Shown piece by piece: positions 1 to 13,615 of a DNA stretch of 64,000 bases (position 1 is the stretch's first letter; the number at the start of each line of letters is the position of its first letter). The notes below the pieces were generated by a model, which was not told where the DNA came from, did not search any database, and was given only the letters and a program-made list of their open reading frames with translations. The translations under genes were made by a program, and so were the position numbers. Source of the DNA: Schmidtea polychroa. Its lineage: Eukaryota. The DNA is taken from contig CM097886.1 in NCBI GenBank assembly GCA_044892525.1, positions 141,112,001-141,176,000 of the forward strand, given 5' to 3'.

Positions 1-1509
1 CTGTGGGAGTTTTATATTGAGTTGGGCATCTCGGAGATCCCACTCATGTTCCATGAGTTTTCCTAATTTCCTTAGGATTTTGTATGTGTCGTTATGATAC
101 TTTGGATCATCTTCGACCTGCGATATCAGTTTTACTACTGTATCTATTTCATGAATTTTAATTTCTGTTTCTCCCAATTTTCCCAATTGTCTGGCCAGCT
201 TCTGCTGGTACTCATATCTGGAATCCACCAGTTTTAAACATTTTGTTAGGGTATCTGACCCTTCTTTTACCATTGCTTTCCCTGGCAAGGTTCTATCGAA
301 CTCGCTTAGTATGGTGGCCATACTAGGTTCATTATCGGAACTCTCCTCTGATTCCGTTTCCTGAAGGTCCTCTCTAACGGAGTCCTTTTTTCTGAGAAAT
401 TCATCTCTTCCAACTTCTACCATAAAGATGGTGCCTTCTTGGTCGGTTAATCTAGCCAACCTATTCTTTTCCTCCTGGATTTCCATTTCCAGTTGTTGCA
501 GATAAGTTAACCCTTGATCCTGGTTAACCATAAAAGTTGTCTTAGGCTGGTTCACATTACCCTTATCGGTATTTTTATTGAACTGACCCGTATTTCCACT
601 CTGATTCTGAGGACATGACCTCATCATATGTCCGAATTTCCCACATCCGTGACATTTTATCTTTCCTGATGAATTTACATCATCTCTTTTAATTGTACTA
701 AAATTATTGCTGTTCTGAGGACTTCTAGTCTTGCAGACCGCAGCAACATGTCCCTTACGTTTACATTTTTCGCATTGCAAATTCTGCACTCTACAATTTT
801 CCGCACCGTGGTTATTCCGTCCACATTTGGTACATTGTATACTTTTGCGATTGTCCATACTTTTCCTGCTGGTACAATCTTTCGCTATATGCCCTTTTCT
901 ATGGCAATTGAAACACTCTACTGGTGTTCTCTCACTGTTTACAAGGAACATGGTTGACTTTTCCAAGCTGCTTTCAATTACAACAGCTTTCCGTGTCAAT
1001 TCATCAAAATCATCACTGGTATGTAATATTAGAGCGTTCCTCATTGTAGGAGTAAGTCCTGCCCATAGCTGATCCTTAACTAACAATTCTGTTGGCTTTG
1101 CCCATGTGGTTTTTGGACCAAATGCTCTTTCAGCAATTAATGATAGCTGGTGTGCAAATTCCCCCACATGTTCATTGGCATTTTGTTTTCGATGATAAAA
1201 TTGTTGTCTAAATATCCTTCCCGCATCTCCGGGCAATATTCGGGCAGTCATTTGTTCTCTCATTTCCGCCCATGTTTTTGGTGCTTGAGCAACTGGTAAT
1301 GCCATTATATCGTTATATTTTTCTCTTGCCAGCCCCTTCAAATATATAGGTAACCTTTGTATCATGATGTTATCTGGATAGGCATATGCTTTGGCCATCT
1401 GATAATATTCAGACATAAACTCGGGGAATTCTCCCGGATCACCGCTGAATGCCTTTACGGGCAGAGCGGGATATCTGGCAAATGCATTTACATTAGCTTC
1501 CTCTACCAT
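1..1509 (-). CDS. gag: Gag(-polyprotein) of a second Ty3/Gypsy family, open reading frame running off the left window edge
   Basis: Manual translation from ATG at 1509 has no stop down to base 1 (503 codons; absent from the ORF track). It contains a retrotransposon capsid-like region (QRLPIYLKGLAREKY...FRQQFYHRKQNANEHVGEFA) and four CX2CX4HX4C knuckles (CFNCHRKGHIAKDC, CTKCGRNNHGAENC, CEKCKRKGHVAAVC, CHGCGKFGHMMRSC). Confidence 0.9.
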   Translation of the reverse strand, partial: MVEEANVNAFARYPALPVKAFSGDPGEFPEFMSEYYQMAKAYAYPDNIMIQRLPIYLKGLAREKYNDIMALPVAQAPKTWAEMREQMTARILPGDAGRIFRQQFYHRKQNANEHVGEFAHQLSLIAERAFGPKTTWAKPTELLVKDQLWAGLTPTMRNALILHTSDDFDELTRKAVVIESSLEKSTMFLVNSERTPVECFNCHRKGHIAKDCTSRKSMDNRKSIQCTKCGRNNHGAENCRVQNLQCEKCKRKGHVAAVCKTRSPQNSNNFSTIKRDDVNSSGKIKCHGCGKFGHMMRSCPQNQSGNTGQFNKNTDKGNVNQPKTTFMVNQDQGLTYLQQLEMEIQEEKNRLARLTDQEGTIFMVEVGRDEFLRKKDSVREDLQETESEESSDNEPSMATILSEFDRTLPGKAMVKEGSDTLTKCLKLVDSRYEYQQKLARQLGKLGETEIKIHEIDTVVKLISQVEDDPKYHNDTYKILRKLGKLMEHEWDLRDAQLNIKLPQ

Positions 1510-1581
1510 TTGATTATCCAGTTTTACTCTAGTTTCTAACGCTATTTTGTTTTATTTCAATATCTACCCGCTGATAATTTT

Positions 1582-1599
1582 ATCACGTCGGGCTCACCA
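1582..1599 (-). promoter_or_regulatory. Primer-binding site, tRNA-Trp type (family-2 element)
   Basis: Plus strand atcacgtcgggctcacca matches the eukaryotic tRNA-Trp 3' end (ATCACGTCGGGGTCACCA) at 17/18 and lies 3 nt from the LTR boundary at 1603. Confidence 0.8.
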
Positions 1600-1602
1600 A
1601 AA

Positions 1603-2463
1603 TGTTAGGTTCGATAGGTAGGTAGTCGAACTAACACAAAAAATCTGACTCCAAATAAATAATTTATGCGTGTAGGTAATAAAGGAAAAAAAACGGTTAT
1701 ACAAACCGTCCTGAAGAATATTTCTAAGAATCAAGGCTGGCCCTAAATGCGCCAACAGCCCGATATAGGTGAACGGAAAAAAGATAGGGAAGTTTACCAA
1801 ATTTTACGCGATAGGGTCAACCCAGAAATTGGTTAACTCTTTTTCAAATAAATATTAATAGCGAAACAACACAAAATACGTGCTGACGCTATGGTTTCCC
1901 TTATTTAAGTTTAATTTAATTTAAACAAATAAGTCTTATGCAAATATTTGATAATTATTTAAATAATTGATAAAACTAACTAATTGGATCTCTTTCTAAA
2001 ATGGCTCCAATGAATATTAAATTCAATTCACGAATATTCAAAATTAATCCCTATTGATCGGTATATCTAATATCACTTGAAATCCTCCCAGAATTGAAGT
2101 TTTTGAATGAAGTAAAATTCCACTTAATTTTCTCTCGCTCGATGAACTATAGTTAAAATTCTAAATTTAGCTCCTGTGGTTTTTTCTTAAATTCACTTAT
2201 CTCGATTTCCGTCCCCTGATCAATGAAATTTTTCTGGTATTTATATGACTTTAGTTATATCAAATCTATTAATAGTAATTATTAATTACTATTTTTATTG
2301 TGTATTTATTTTTAGTAATTATTTATTACTTTTTATATTTTAATTTTAATTTTAGTGTTTAATTTCTATTTTAGGTAATTTTTAAATACTATTTCTATTA
2401 TACTTCTAATTAATTATTATTTAATTTCGAACCTTCAATTCCGGTTCCTACTGAACCCCAACA
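1603..2463 (-). mobile_element. 5' LTR (about 861 bp) of the family-2 Gypsy element
   Basis: Bounded by TGTTAGG...CCCCAACA, adjacent to the PBS and upstream of gag. Homologous pieces occur at 17590-17989 and 53086-53658. Confidence 0.7.
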
Positions 2464-4073
2464 ATTTTATGAATTTGTCTAAAAGCTCATATTCAGAAAT
2501 AATTTTTATATAGAAAAAATTTTTGCATAACTTAAAAATATCAAATATTACGAGTTGGATTTGATTATGTGAGAAAAAGGCAATAAAATTGATGGGATGT
2601 AAATACAATTTCGATAGGAAATAGCTTTGAATCTGGTTCCTCGTGTTCAATAGAAAAATCGAATTTATTTATTGATCATCAAAAAACACTTCGTCCACAA
2701 TAATTATAATTAAGAACCATATAGTAGAAGTTCTAAGGATTTCATCCCTAATATCAATCGGTAATCTGATATTGATTAGTAGTTTATTAATTTTTCTCTT
2801 TGACACTTGGCTGATTACAGTGGTAAATTTCATCGTTTATCATTGTTATAAATATAAATTATTTTCCATTAATCATCTTAGTTAATGGTCTCTGTCAAAA
2901 TGTTAATGGATTTTTCAAAATGGTTTAAGTAACCAATAAATTTGTCAACTTCGAGATTATCCCCATGATTTATGAGTTTTCTTTGAATAATAAATCAGAG
3001 TAGTTAATTAATTAATTGATTTTTCCTTTCGTTTCAGACCTTCCTAGGGACCTCCCATAATTTTAAAATTATTTTATTCGTCTTCAATTTATAATTTGTC
3101 ACTAGTTATCACTTTACCCGCGAAAAATATTAAATTTTACTATTTTGAATATTTTATAAGCTTTTATAAATTTCTTTATAAGCATTTCTTTATTTATATT
3201 TATTATTAATCTCAACAATACGTAGGTTCGTGTTTCTTTACAAATAGGGCGTAAAAACTTATTTTCGATATTTCTAATGAAAAAAGAGTCTATTGAAAGG
3301 GTAAAGTTTCCATAAGATCCTAATGATGACACATCATGACCTTTTCAGATGAATGAAAATAGAGAATCTTTTAATAAAAATTGCATAAATTTGGCAAATT
3401 TTATGGTGGTACTGACAATTCTTTACTTTCTGCAAAAAAGTCGATTTTGGTATTATACTTTTTTAAAGGAGAAAAGCGTAACTTTATTTTCTGTTATATA
3501 ACACTTTTTGTTATACGCAGTATCTCAAGCTCTGCTGAAACTCCAGCATCTCAATCTGCATATATTTGGTTGTCATTTTTTCTTTTTTGTATTTCAATAT
3601 TCCGTTATTCATTTTTTTGTTTTTTTGTTTTATAATTCTTTTTTAACACAAAATTTATCAAGATTTCTAAGTTCTTGTGTTATAGATTTTACTCCCAAGA
3701 CGCAATTTTGAAACGCAATGTGAAATTCTGTATTTATTTCTGTACATAGTTGATTCTTCTTGGGGTAACAAATAGATTAAAACTATGAAAAGTCAGGTTC
3801 AATGTGCCGAGTAGCTCATTTTCTACATCACTTCTAGTTTCAATTGTAATGTTTATGCTGCCTTGGAATTTTCAAGGATTTTAAAAATGTTATATAATCT
3901 ATTATGAATTACCCTAATTTTATTCACTTTAGCACTCTATTCTGCGTTTTTTATTACTTTATCGTTTTTTTGTGCTGCAGTTTTCAGTTGGTATCATCGT
4001 ATGGTTGATAGAAAAATGGATTTTATTAAGCTCAAGATTGGTTGTCGCTATTAACAAAAAGGATGATGTAGAG

Positions 4074-4960
4074 CAGGGGTCGGCAACCTTTTAATACTGG
4101 AGTGCAATTTTTCATGATTTTCTTATTTTTTTATTCTTCGCGTGACGAGAAGGACAACTACATAATTTTAAATGATAGGTACAAAAACACTTCTTGTTGG
4201 AATATTCAAATTTAATGTAAAAAAAATTATAATAATTACATTTTAATATACAAATATTTCATATCAACAAATGATCTTCTAATCATCTAGTCTAGTGTGA
4301 TCCTTGGCCTTGCTTGGCTTTGCTTAGCTTTTGGTTTTTTTCAGACTTTAATTCGGACACATGCTTCAGAGTGATCTGTAGTAAGCCGACTTCGATAGGG
4401 ATTAATAATGAACTTCATATGCGAAAATATTTGTTCACATATATAAGTCGAACCAAGGGATGAAAGCATTGTAAATGCAACTTTCTTGAGACAGTCAAAC
4501 TTTTCGGGGAGAGATGACCAACAATTTAGAATTGAATTTGATTGCTCATAATTGTTGGTAGAATTTTCCAAACTTTTTCGTAGCTCTGCAAATTCATTTA
4601 CCCATAATGAAGATACTTTAAAATCGATTAATTGCATCTCAAATCTTCAATCCATTCAAAGATAAGCAAATCGAAGTTCTCAATACTATATGGTTTTATT
4701 AAAAAAGAAAACATTAGCCCAAATTAATCCAGTTACATCTGGATCTTTACAGTTTTCAATGAAATTTTTCAGATGTTTGAAGTAACGAAGATTCCGTGTT
4801 TTAATATCCTCGTATAGATTTCGATTTTGGAAACAAATGCTTTCCATATCTCATAAAGCTCCATAACCGTTTGTCCAACACCTTGCAGACGTAATTTAAA
4901 CTCGCTGAGGTGAGCTGTGAGGTCAGTTAAAAACATAAGGTTTATAAGCCACTGTGTGTC
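4074..4960 (-). mobile_element. Truncated hAT (SPIN/Charlie/GTF2IRD2-like) transposon with decayed transposase C-terminus
   Basis: CAGGGGTCGGCAACC hAT-type terminus at 4074. ORF 4341-4637 has the hAT dimerisation signature (CWSSLPEKF..LKKVA..MLS..GSTYICEQIFSHMK...RSRLT). Upstream frames are broken by stops. Confidence 0.75.
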
Positions 4961-5743
4961 TTCAAGTTCGGGATATCTTTCAGATATCTTTCAAAACTTT
5001 TATGAATATAGCCAAATTTATTTTACAAAGATATTTTATAAAAGAACTGTTATCAAATCTTTGATAGTGTAATCCTGGCCTTATCAACTTACACGAGGTA
5101 CCTTTGTGATAAATCGCATGGTCTGGTAATCTTTTCACAGCACGCGCAGAGGGGTTCGATATCGCATTATATATTATGTAGGTACGAAATATTTGTGCAG
5201 AATTACACACTGGGCTTTGGGACATTCTTAAAAGTATTTTTCTCTTGATTTTTATCATTATTAGTAGGCCGTGATGTAGAGTAATGAAATCAGGGATGAT
5301 CCCTACTAAAAAAATTAAGAAATTAACCTTGCAACAGAGTTAAGTTTATAAACCTGAAGATAACAGCAGAGCCTGCTAAATCTTTAAGGCTAAATTCACA
5401 TCAATTTCACTATAGGATGTTTCAAACCGATTCACTAATCCGGAAAAGACTACCCAAAAATTCCAGTATGTTTCCGCAGAACGGGACAGTTACAAGACAA
5501 TAAAAATTCAAAACTAAAAAATGAGGGCTGTATCTCCGCGAAAAAATCTAGCAATAATAAAATCACACCACACAACACCGTAGCATGAATTTATTTTAAT
5601 ACATCGGAGTTACATTTGGAGCAAATTAAAATCCTTGTACTCGAGATACCAGCACATAGGTTATTGTTTCAGTAATTAAAAACTCTAAATAAATTGAGAC
5701 GAAGACTCCGGCATTTTCTTTGACTTTTGCCAGTAAAAACAGT

Positions 5744-6257
5744 TTAGTACCCGTACATTAAAGCTCGAGGAATCCAATAAACTGACCAACGGAAACGACT
5801 ATTAATCCCAATGAAATCGATTTTGTCGATTTTGTTAATATTTTTTAGTAATTGATATAATATATTTGTAATTAATATATACTTTTGTTGGGTTGTAAGG
5901 ATCACATTTGCCCACTCTGCCAATGGGAGATATTGGATCCTCGATTGCAATTCGGCATTTGTATAGACATGGGCCTGTAGATATAGTGCAAGATCCTGTT
6001 CTTCTATCAGCCTTCTCTGAGCTCGGCTCTCGTCGAAGAGCACATCCCGAAACATTTTCAGGCGTCGGATCTTTTGTTGAACCTCTTTCATCTGTGTAGA
6101 CGTCAACCATGTTCCTCCCGATTTCTGTGTTTTGGAAACAGATCATCTCATTCTTGTCTGCACATGAGAAGCAGGGTTTGAGCGAAGAATTAGTATCTTC
6201 TATAAAGATGAAATGAATGTAAATTGAATAAACTAAAATATAGTATTGTAACAGCAA
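5744..6257 (-). pseudogene. Frameshifted homolog of the LTR-encoded ORF of the giant element
   Basis: Two overlapping ORFs give SSLKPCFSCADKN, MKEVQQKI and DESRAQRRLIEEQ, matching SALRPCFSCADKN, MKEIQKKL and SESRAQRSLIREQ of ORF 49413-50201. Confidence 0.75.
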
Positions 6258-8379
6258 GGGAAGGATAAGAAAAAAATAAAAAACGCAAAATTTAGGGATC
6301 TAATAAGAATTTACCAAACCTCACATGGTGATTTGGCAAAATTATAGAGTGCTAAAGGTGACACTAATAACAACCCTAGTACGAACTAACCTATTAATAG
6401 TAATGATAATCAGGAGATGGATGAGGATGACAATAACCACGGTAAGAATACCGATAATGAGGGATTCGGTAAGGATTGTTTTGGTGGTCAAATATTTCTC
6501 ATTTTATTAAATTTATACTTCGTCGTAAGGACTTAAAGAATCTCCTAATTGTTCAATGAATACTGATAATGCGAAGAATATCCCTGTGAGTAATAGACCT
6601 ACGGCTATTAATAAGCTTATTGATTGAAATTAATCATAATGATGATATTACTAACTAAGGATTATTAGATTAATAATAATGATGATAACAATAATAATAA
6701 TAACCACAATAATAATTAAAGTAAAATTCATAACAACTATGATAATGAGATACTAATGAGAATAATGAAGAAAATAATCAAATTAATCAATAGTGCTAAA
6801 ATGATTGATAGGACGAATCACGTTAACTCGACTGTGCGGACGTCAATGGTAATCATATGACTATATGTACATACTGATAACATGAGAAAAATTAAGACTA
6901 TGTGGGATAGTCATGTCGATAAGTGGTTTTCGACTAATTGTTAAGTAGTTCTGATGTTGTCATATTGACACTTTATTTTATGATGTTCGAGTTCGAGTAC
7001 CGTCTACTTCCGGGTATTGTAACCACACCTCACACTACTGAGCATGAAACTTCAGTCTCCACCGCTTGATTTTGCGAAATGTCATAATAATACCATCTAT
7101 TTATAAGAATAAAATTATTTATGGACCTGCATTTAAATAATTAGAAATAATTGTAATAATAAAATCGAAGTAAAATGAGCTATTTTACAGAATATAACGA
7201 TATTTTTAAATTAATAGAATTACATGGTTAAACACTAGATTTACGAGTGTTGATTTTATACCTATTTCGTATACCTAATTCGATATGTATCTAAAAACCA
7301 ACATATGTATTCTTTCAACGTAGTTAGTACTAGGAACTAGTAAGTTACAAATTATCTAATCTATTTCCTATTATTTTAAATATAATTAAAAATTAAAATT
7401 ATTTAGGTGTATTTTTATTTGACAGATGTTGTCACTTATGTTAGAATTAGAACGCGTCATTTGAAATTTTGGCCAAAAATTATACATCACAAATTGTTGG
7501 AGAAATATTGTTTTTATTTTTTTGAACGATACATCATAACTTATTCATTCATCACACTTTACAAACATACATTAATAATTAAATAAATATATAAATATTC
7601 TCTTCTCAACTTATATTACGTCTTCAACTGTTTCCGATTGTATCATTGCAGTTCAAAAATTTATATTACGTGAAATGTTTGATTAAGAATACGATTGAAC
7701 TGTGGATATTTTCTTTGAAATTTTCAGTTTATGAACTTTTATTTATGAAAAGAGCACAGACTAATTCAAATCAAAATTGCCAAAGACTGCATTGTGCCAG
7801 ATTAACAGTTTATATGAACTCTAAATATCAATATTTAAAATTATATAGTAATAAAAATTAAAGAATATCAAATAAAATAATACAATAATGAAAGATGTTA
7901 AATTCAAATAACATTAATAAAAGTATAAATAATTTCAATAGTCTTACAATTATACATGTCATTTCTGGGACATCGTAGTTTAGACGCCACAATTACTGTA
8001 CATATTTAGAATAAATCACTAATTAAAATGAAATTATATATTAAAATTTTCCGGAGTTGGATGTTTATTTTTTCTGCTCTTATTCTTTGTGTTAAAACGT
8101 AGTTTGAACACGGAGTTCCGTCCCCAATATTTGTCCAAAATTTTGATAAACTTCCACATGTTCGATTGACTTACAACTTCGTATACATAAGTAGTTTAAG
8201 TTACAGCACAAAAATTTTATTTCGCGGTTAAAATTAGATTTAAAAAAATAGAAAATGTTTTGTAATTGTTATATTTTGCTTTGGATGATTGTTAATATTC
8301 TTACAGAATGGTATATTAATTTAAAGTAATATTATACATTTTTTAAAGCACATTACAAACTTCTAAACTACTAAAAAGT

Positions 8380-9150
8380 ATAATAAAACATTTAAAATCA
8401 ATATTTTTAAAAAAATCACATTTTGCAATATTATTAGAGTTAGTTGTCTGTGGTTTATCAAATCAAAAACTACTCTCTGACTCTGAGCGTGTTTTATTCA
8501 AGAACAATAACAAATTCTAAACAATATAATTTTATTGAATACCACAAATAGTCATAACGATTACAATTACACCAGTTACTAAATGCAAATCAAACGTATT
8601 CGGGCCCTTATTACAACCCTTCGGGAGGAATAGGACTTTGGGAACACTTTAACTATACGACCTCATAACTACTGCTAGTGACTGACACCTCGCACAATTG
8701 ATCCAGTTACTTTTCTGCCTTGACTTAGGAATTTGACAATTTCTGGTGGTTAGTTCGATTTTCAGTGGCTTATTGATTTAACGATATTATTCCATTTTCT
8801 TTTTCTCTTTGCCTGTTTCGTTTTAAGTTTCATTAAATACGGTTTCGATTTCACTTCTTCTCTCTTCGAATTCTTAATATTTTGTCTTCTATAATCTCTC
8901 TAATTCTGTTTTTCCAATAAAATTTCTTCTGTCTTTTGCAATTTCCTGGCACTTATAGATAAGTATTTTGTTTTCCAGCACATTCCGTTGGATATTCCTA
9001 AATCTCACATTATCTCTGACATCTATCAAGATATAATTTTATTCTGTTTTATTTCTTTTTATTTTCTGACAACTCCAGTGATTTATTTATTATCTCGTTT
9101 AAATTCTTAAGATAAGGGTTTTCCATTAGCGAATTGTTTTTGTCTTCTTT
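8380..9150. repeat. Interspersed repeat; diverged inverted copy at about 56080-56780
   Basis: For example ctctgactctgagcgtgttttattcaagaacaata at about 8475 versus tattgttcttgaataaaacacactcagagccagag at about 56635. Boundaries are approximate. Confidence 0.6.
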
Positions 9151-10589
9151 TTCATTTGCACTTATTAATTAAAAACTACCTTGTCACATTTCAATAATCG
9201 ATTTCATTGATATTTTGAGATCATGACATTGTTTATTATAGCTATTTTCCCCTAATCATTTTTATTCATTATGGACATTATTTTATTTTTTTGTTATTCA
9301 GGAATCCTTAACATATCCCCCATAAAGAAATTCCTTTTCCAATTAAAATTAAAATTTGCTATCTCTTATAATTTCCTATCCTGCTACAGTTTAGAGAAAG
9401 TATTTCATCATCACTTTATATTGAGAGCTATGGCAACTGCGTTAAAATACTTCATTATTCGAGGGGTTAATTCGGTTACTGATTACTTTTATTATATCAT
9501 TGTAGCGCGGTTATGATCGTCGCTATTATTAACAATTCGCTGTTTTGATGATCGCGGTTTTGTGCACGTGGTCTTTAACCTCGCGGTATATAGCACGCGG
9601 TTATTAATGTAAACCAATAATTAATACTCTTAATGTTAATTAATATAAAAGTTTATATTTTATCTTAATTTCGAAACTTATTTCCCAGTGTTGACGCTAA
9701 TCAACACGATTAAAGTGGGAAGGTTATCTATTAATTTGCCCAATTTAGATTTTCTTTCTCAGGTCCCATTTTTATCAAATTATAAGCAAACAAAATGCCA
9801 ATTTTCTTGAAAGAACGCTTCGATTTATGCTAACCAATTTGAAAAATAATTGATTCGATTATGTTATGCCATTTATTGATAAAATTAGCAAAGGCTTTTT
9901 TACTATGGCCTAGTTTTCATCTTTTTTGTTGTTTTCATGGAATCCATCAAAAATATTAAAAAACTTGTACCAATTTGTTTTGAGTAAAATTTGAAAGATT
10001 GTAAAATTTTTATTGGGAATCTTTGTTTGGAATATCAAAACAAGCTCCGCGAGAATTTCCCGAACTTTCTATATAAAGTGAAAAGTAATCATTCCACGAA
10101 AAGTGATCATTCTCTCGAAAAAGTGCGTTTTATTATTACATTTCATGATAATAAAAGTTGTTACTTAAATTAACCGTTATTTTTGGTATTATATCCATCA
10201 CACTACATGCATGCACCCCGATTGTCCCACCACATATTTTTATAGGTGACTATATCGGGTTCTGTCACTCTTCTTATTAAACATACACAACATATACATA
10301 TATATTTGGTAATAATTGTTTATAATTTGATAACAACATATAACAGTTATTTTTATAATTTTATATATTTATGTATATTTTTTGCAACTTTTATTTAATT
10401 TTGCAATTTATAATTTTTATTTTATAACTTAAAATCTTACCAAAATTAAATGACCTAAATTAATTTAATTTTAATATTTATAATTTTATAAATTTATATT
10501 ATTTATTTTTTGTTTTAATGATTCATTTTATATTTCTGAGAAATTTCCTTTACATGACTGTTATTATTCTGTCCAAAGCGCACTTGATA

Positions 10590-11080
10590 AGAGTCTCCAT
10601 GAGACAAATGTAAACTATTTTCATTGCTTTCTTTACGAATTCATCGAAAATCCACATTGCACAAAGTCTTTTTGATTTCAGGTTTGCCTCCAATTATAAA
10701 TTGATCTTGAAGCAGTTCCTTTACCTACTTTACAATGTCGACTTGTTCAGGTTAGGCTTCAAATGCTTTGTCAGTTAAAAGGGTTCAATGATACGCAAAC
10801 TTACTGATTCGCTGGGATTCTCTACTCTATTATAGAACTTTTGACGCATTATTCTTTTGATATATCCTTCGACCAACTTAATTGCCATTGCATCTTTCAA
10901 TTTGGCCAAATTATTTCCGTACACTTTTTTTATCAACCTACTGCCAAGGTTCTCTTGCTGCCCCCTTTAGATACAGTGGAAATCTTTGTACCATAATAGC
11001 TTGTGGCCATCGATATGCTGATGCGTTCATATAAGGATATCCCAAAAAGTCTGAAAAATATTTTTACTTTCTGAACGGGT
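10590..11080 (-). pseudogene. Degenerate Gypsy gag relic
   Basis: Broken minus-strand frames give MVQRFPLYLKG, IMRQKFYNRVENPSESV, LLQDQF and DFDEFVKKA. These parallel MIQRLPIYLKG, IFRQQFYHRKQNANEHV, LVKDQL and DFDELTRKA in the Gag at 1-1509. Confidence 0.65.
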
Positions 11081-13615
11081 TCAAGACTACCGATGGACTT
11101 AAGTTGACGTAAAGTACTACGACAATTTTTTGTTAACTACCTAGAAGATAAGATATTTTCTCATCAAGATAATAAAATTACATCTTTATGAAAGGAAATG
11201 TGAATCATTAAAATCATTAATACCAAAAGAAAATGAATTAAGATAAAAATAAATACAACGGAAGCATTTACATTAAAGTAACCAGATATTCTTTATTGGA
11301 TTGCGGGACGTGTTAAAATCAAAACTGCCTAATCTGAGACGTCTGGTTACTTTATATTAGACCTATGTATGAATACACACTAATAATGTATGCATTATAG
11401 AATAATATGACAAGAACACTATTCTTCACTAAAAGAGTGTAAATTGCATATTTTCATTTAAAGAAAGATTGTATACTAATTATCTAACCATATTGTACAC
11501 AACTTACAAAAAACAGAAGGAAGAAGAAGCAAAAAGACCTTTTCGCGGTCACAATTATAAAAAAATTTAAACTTTGCACTTTTGTTTTGTACACTTAAAC
11601 TTTTTAAATTGAAATAGCAATTATAGAAATAGATTTTTTTTAAATACTTAAGCAATGTGAATTCGCCAAAAGCTCATTACATACTTGAATTGAAATAATT
11701 GTTACCAGTTCAACCAAAGCAGTTATTTGGAAAAGTTACTTTACAAATAGATAACAATAATAAGGTAAGATGTGCAATACGGGACACTTTCCGGGACAAT
11801 TTTTAATGCAGGACATACGATTTAAATCCAGGAAAGTCATACAAAATCCTGGAAGTTTGGTCACATTAAATTACATTATACTGTTGGGGATTTTAGAGCT
11901 ACGTAATAATTTAGATAATAAATTATTAATAATAATTAAATATTACTAAACTTAGAATGATGACAGTGATTATTTTCTTAAATTTACATTTAATTACTCT
12001 ATTAAGTTTTTAAACAACAACAATTATATGGTGGTTAGCAACTGCAACGCACTAGTGAGTTTTATCTTTATTTCGTTCTTCGTAGACGACTTGACCTTTG
12101 CCCCGATAATTGTATCAGGTCCTATCCTATCACTCTCGTCGTATATTATTCCGTTTGATTTTTTTTACAGAGAACAACCAATCATTAGACTCATTGGTAA
12201 TTATAACATATGAAGTCGAGTCAGATGTGACATTTGTGAATTCTCATGTAACTAACTGTTTAAATTGGTGACTTTGATCTTCTTTCTGTGTGGATTAATC
12301 ATAGTAATCAGTTTAACAAAAATTCGTGGATCTGCTAATTCGCATGCAAACTTTATAGTTTACGGGTGACTTTATAGACATATTTTTAAATGCCATTTTA
12401 GAGAAAATCGACCACTGAGGGGCTTATAATTGAAATTAATGTGTGCAACAATATTTAATAGAATTAAACTGGCAATTAGAATTTTTTCAACTTGTATACA
12501 ACTTTAATTCAATTAAAGTTGTAATTAGAATTTCCTAATTGATGTTGCCACTTTAATCGAATTACATTTGTAATAATTTTCTATTAAATCGCCATGATCA
12601 CAAAATAGTACCATTTTCCTAGCATTAACCATTTACCACCTCAGCTATTGAGTGAACTACCTCTTTCGCCTTCGTATCAGATTTTTATGAAGTTCATTGG
12701 ATGTTTTAATACTCGTGTTATTTTACTTCACTATGATCAGCTTCTGGTGATTCAAAACTATTTCATGTCAGCAGGATAGAAAGACATGAATGCTTCCTGA
12801 CCTGATGATATGGAAGAATTCCAGAGTCATATATTTATAAATAAATGAAATACATTTAAGGGACCTACACGAAACATAAAATCATAAATCAAAATTATCA
12901 CAAAAACATAAAATGTAGATAGTTAAAATTTAATGAGGAAGAACAAATAAATTTAGGTATTATCAAGTTTGAATTTTTACTATAATTTTACATATGAAAT
13001 ATAACAACAACAAAAACTTCATATAAAATAACTAACATAATTACCGATAGTAGTAGAGTTCCTTCGAGATAAGGTTCCAATTAGAAATTTCTCCACAAAA
13101 TAATACCAAATGGTGCTTGAAAAATAATTGATAATAGCCTCGAAAAATAGATTAAGTAGCTAGGAAAACGTGGTCCAAAGTAAACGAATGGATTATTGAA
13201 TTTGAAAAGTTGTTAAAAAATATTGAAGTTGCTTGAAAATAATAGTAATAGTAGATTGGTTTATAAAAAAGTAGATCAAAGATTTTGAATAAAATGAATG
13301 AAATTTAAAAATAAAAAATTTAAACTTCAAATTGTTCAGAAAAATTGACGACGTTTCTTCTTTCGTTTCTTCCCACAAGACCTAATTAGATATTTCACAT
13401 TGTTAATGTGTGCAAATATTTAACATTTATAACTCTTGATACGTATTTTTGTCAAGCTATGGGGAATTTATTTTTACGGAATAAAAAATATTTGATTAAA
13501 AATGTTTCCTTAATTATGTTTCCCTGTCATAATTAACAGAAATTTGTTTATATAATTTACGACACAATTTATTACCTTTTCACTAGTTATTAAAACAATT
13601 ATTTATTAAGTATAA

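Noticed and set aside
9500-9610. Cluster of CGCGG motifs
   Set aside because: Short and irregular, with no TIR or TSD identified; probably a decayed repeat end.
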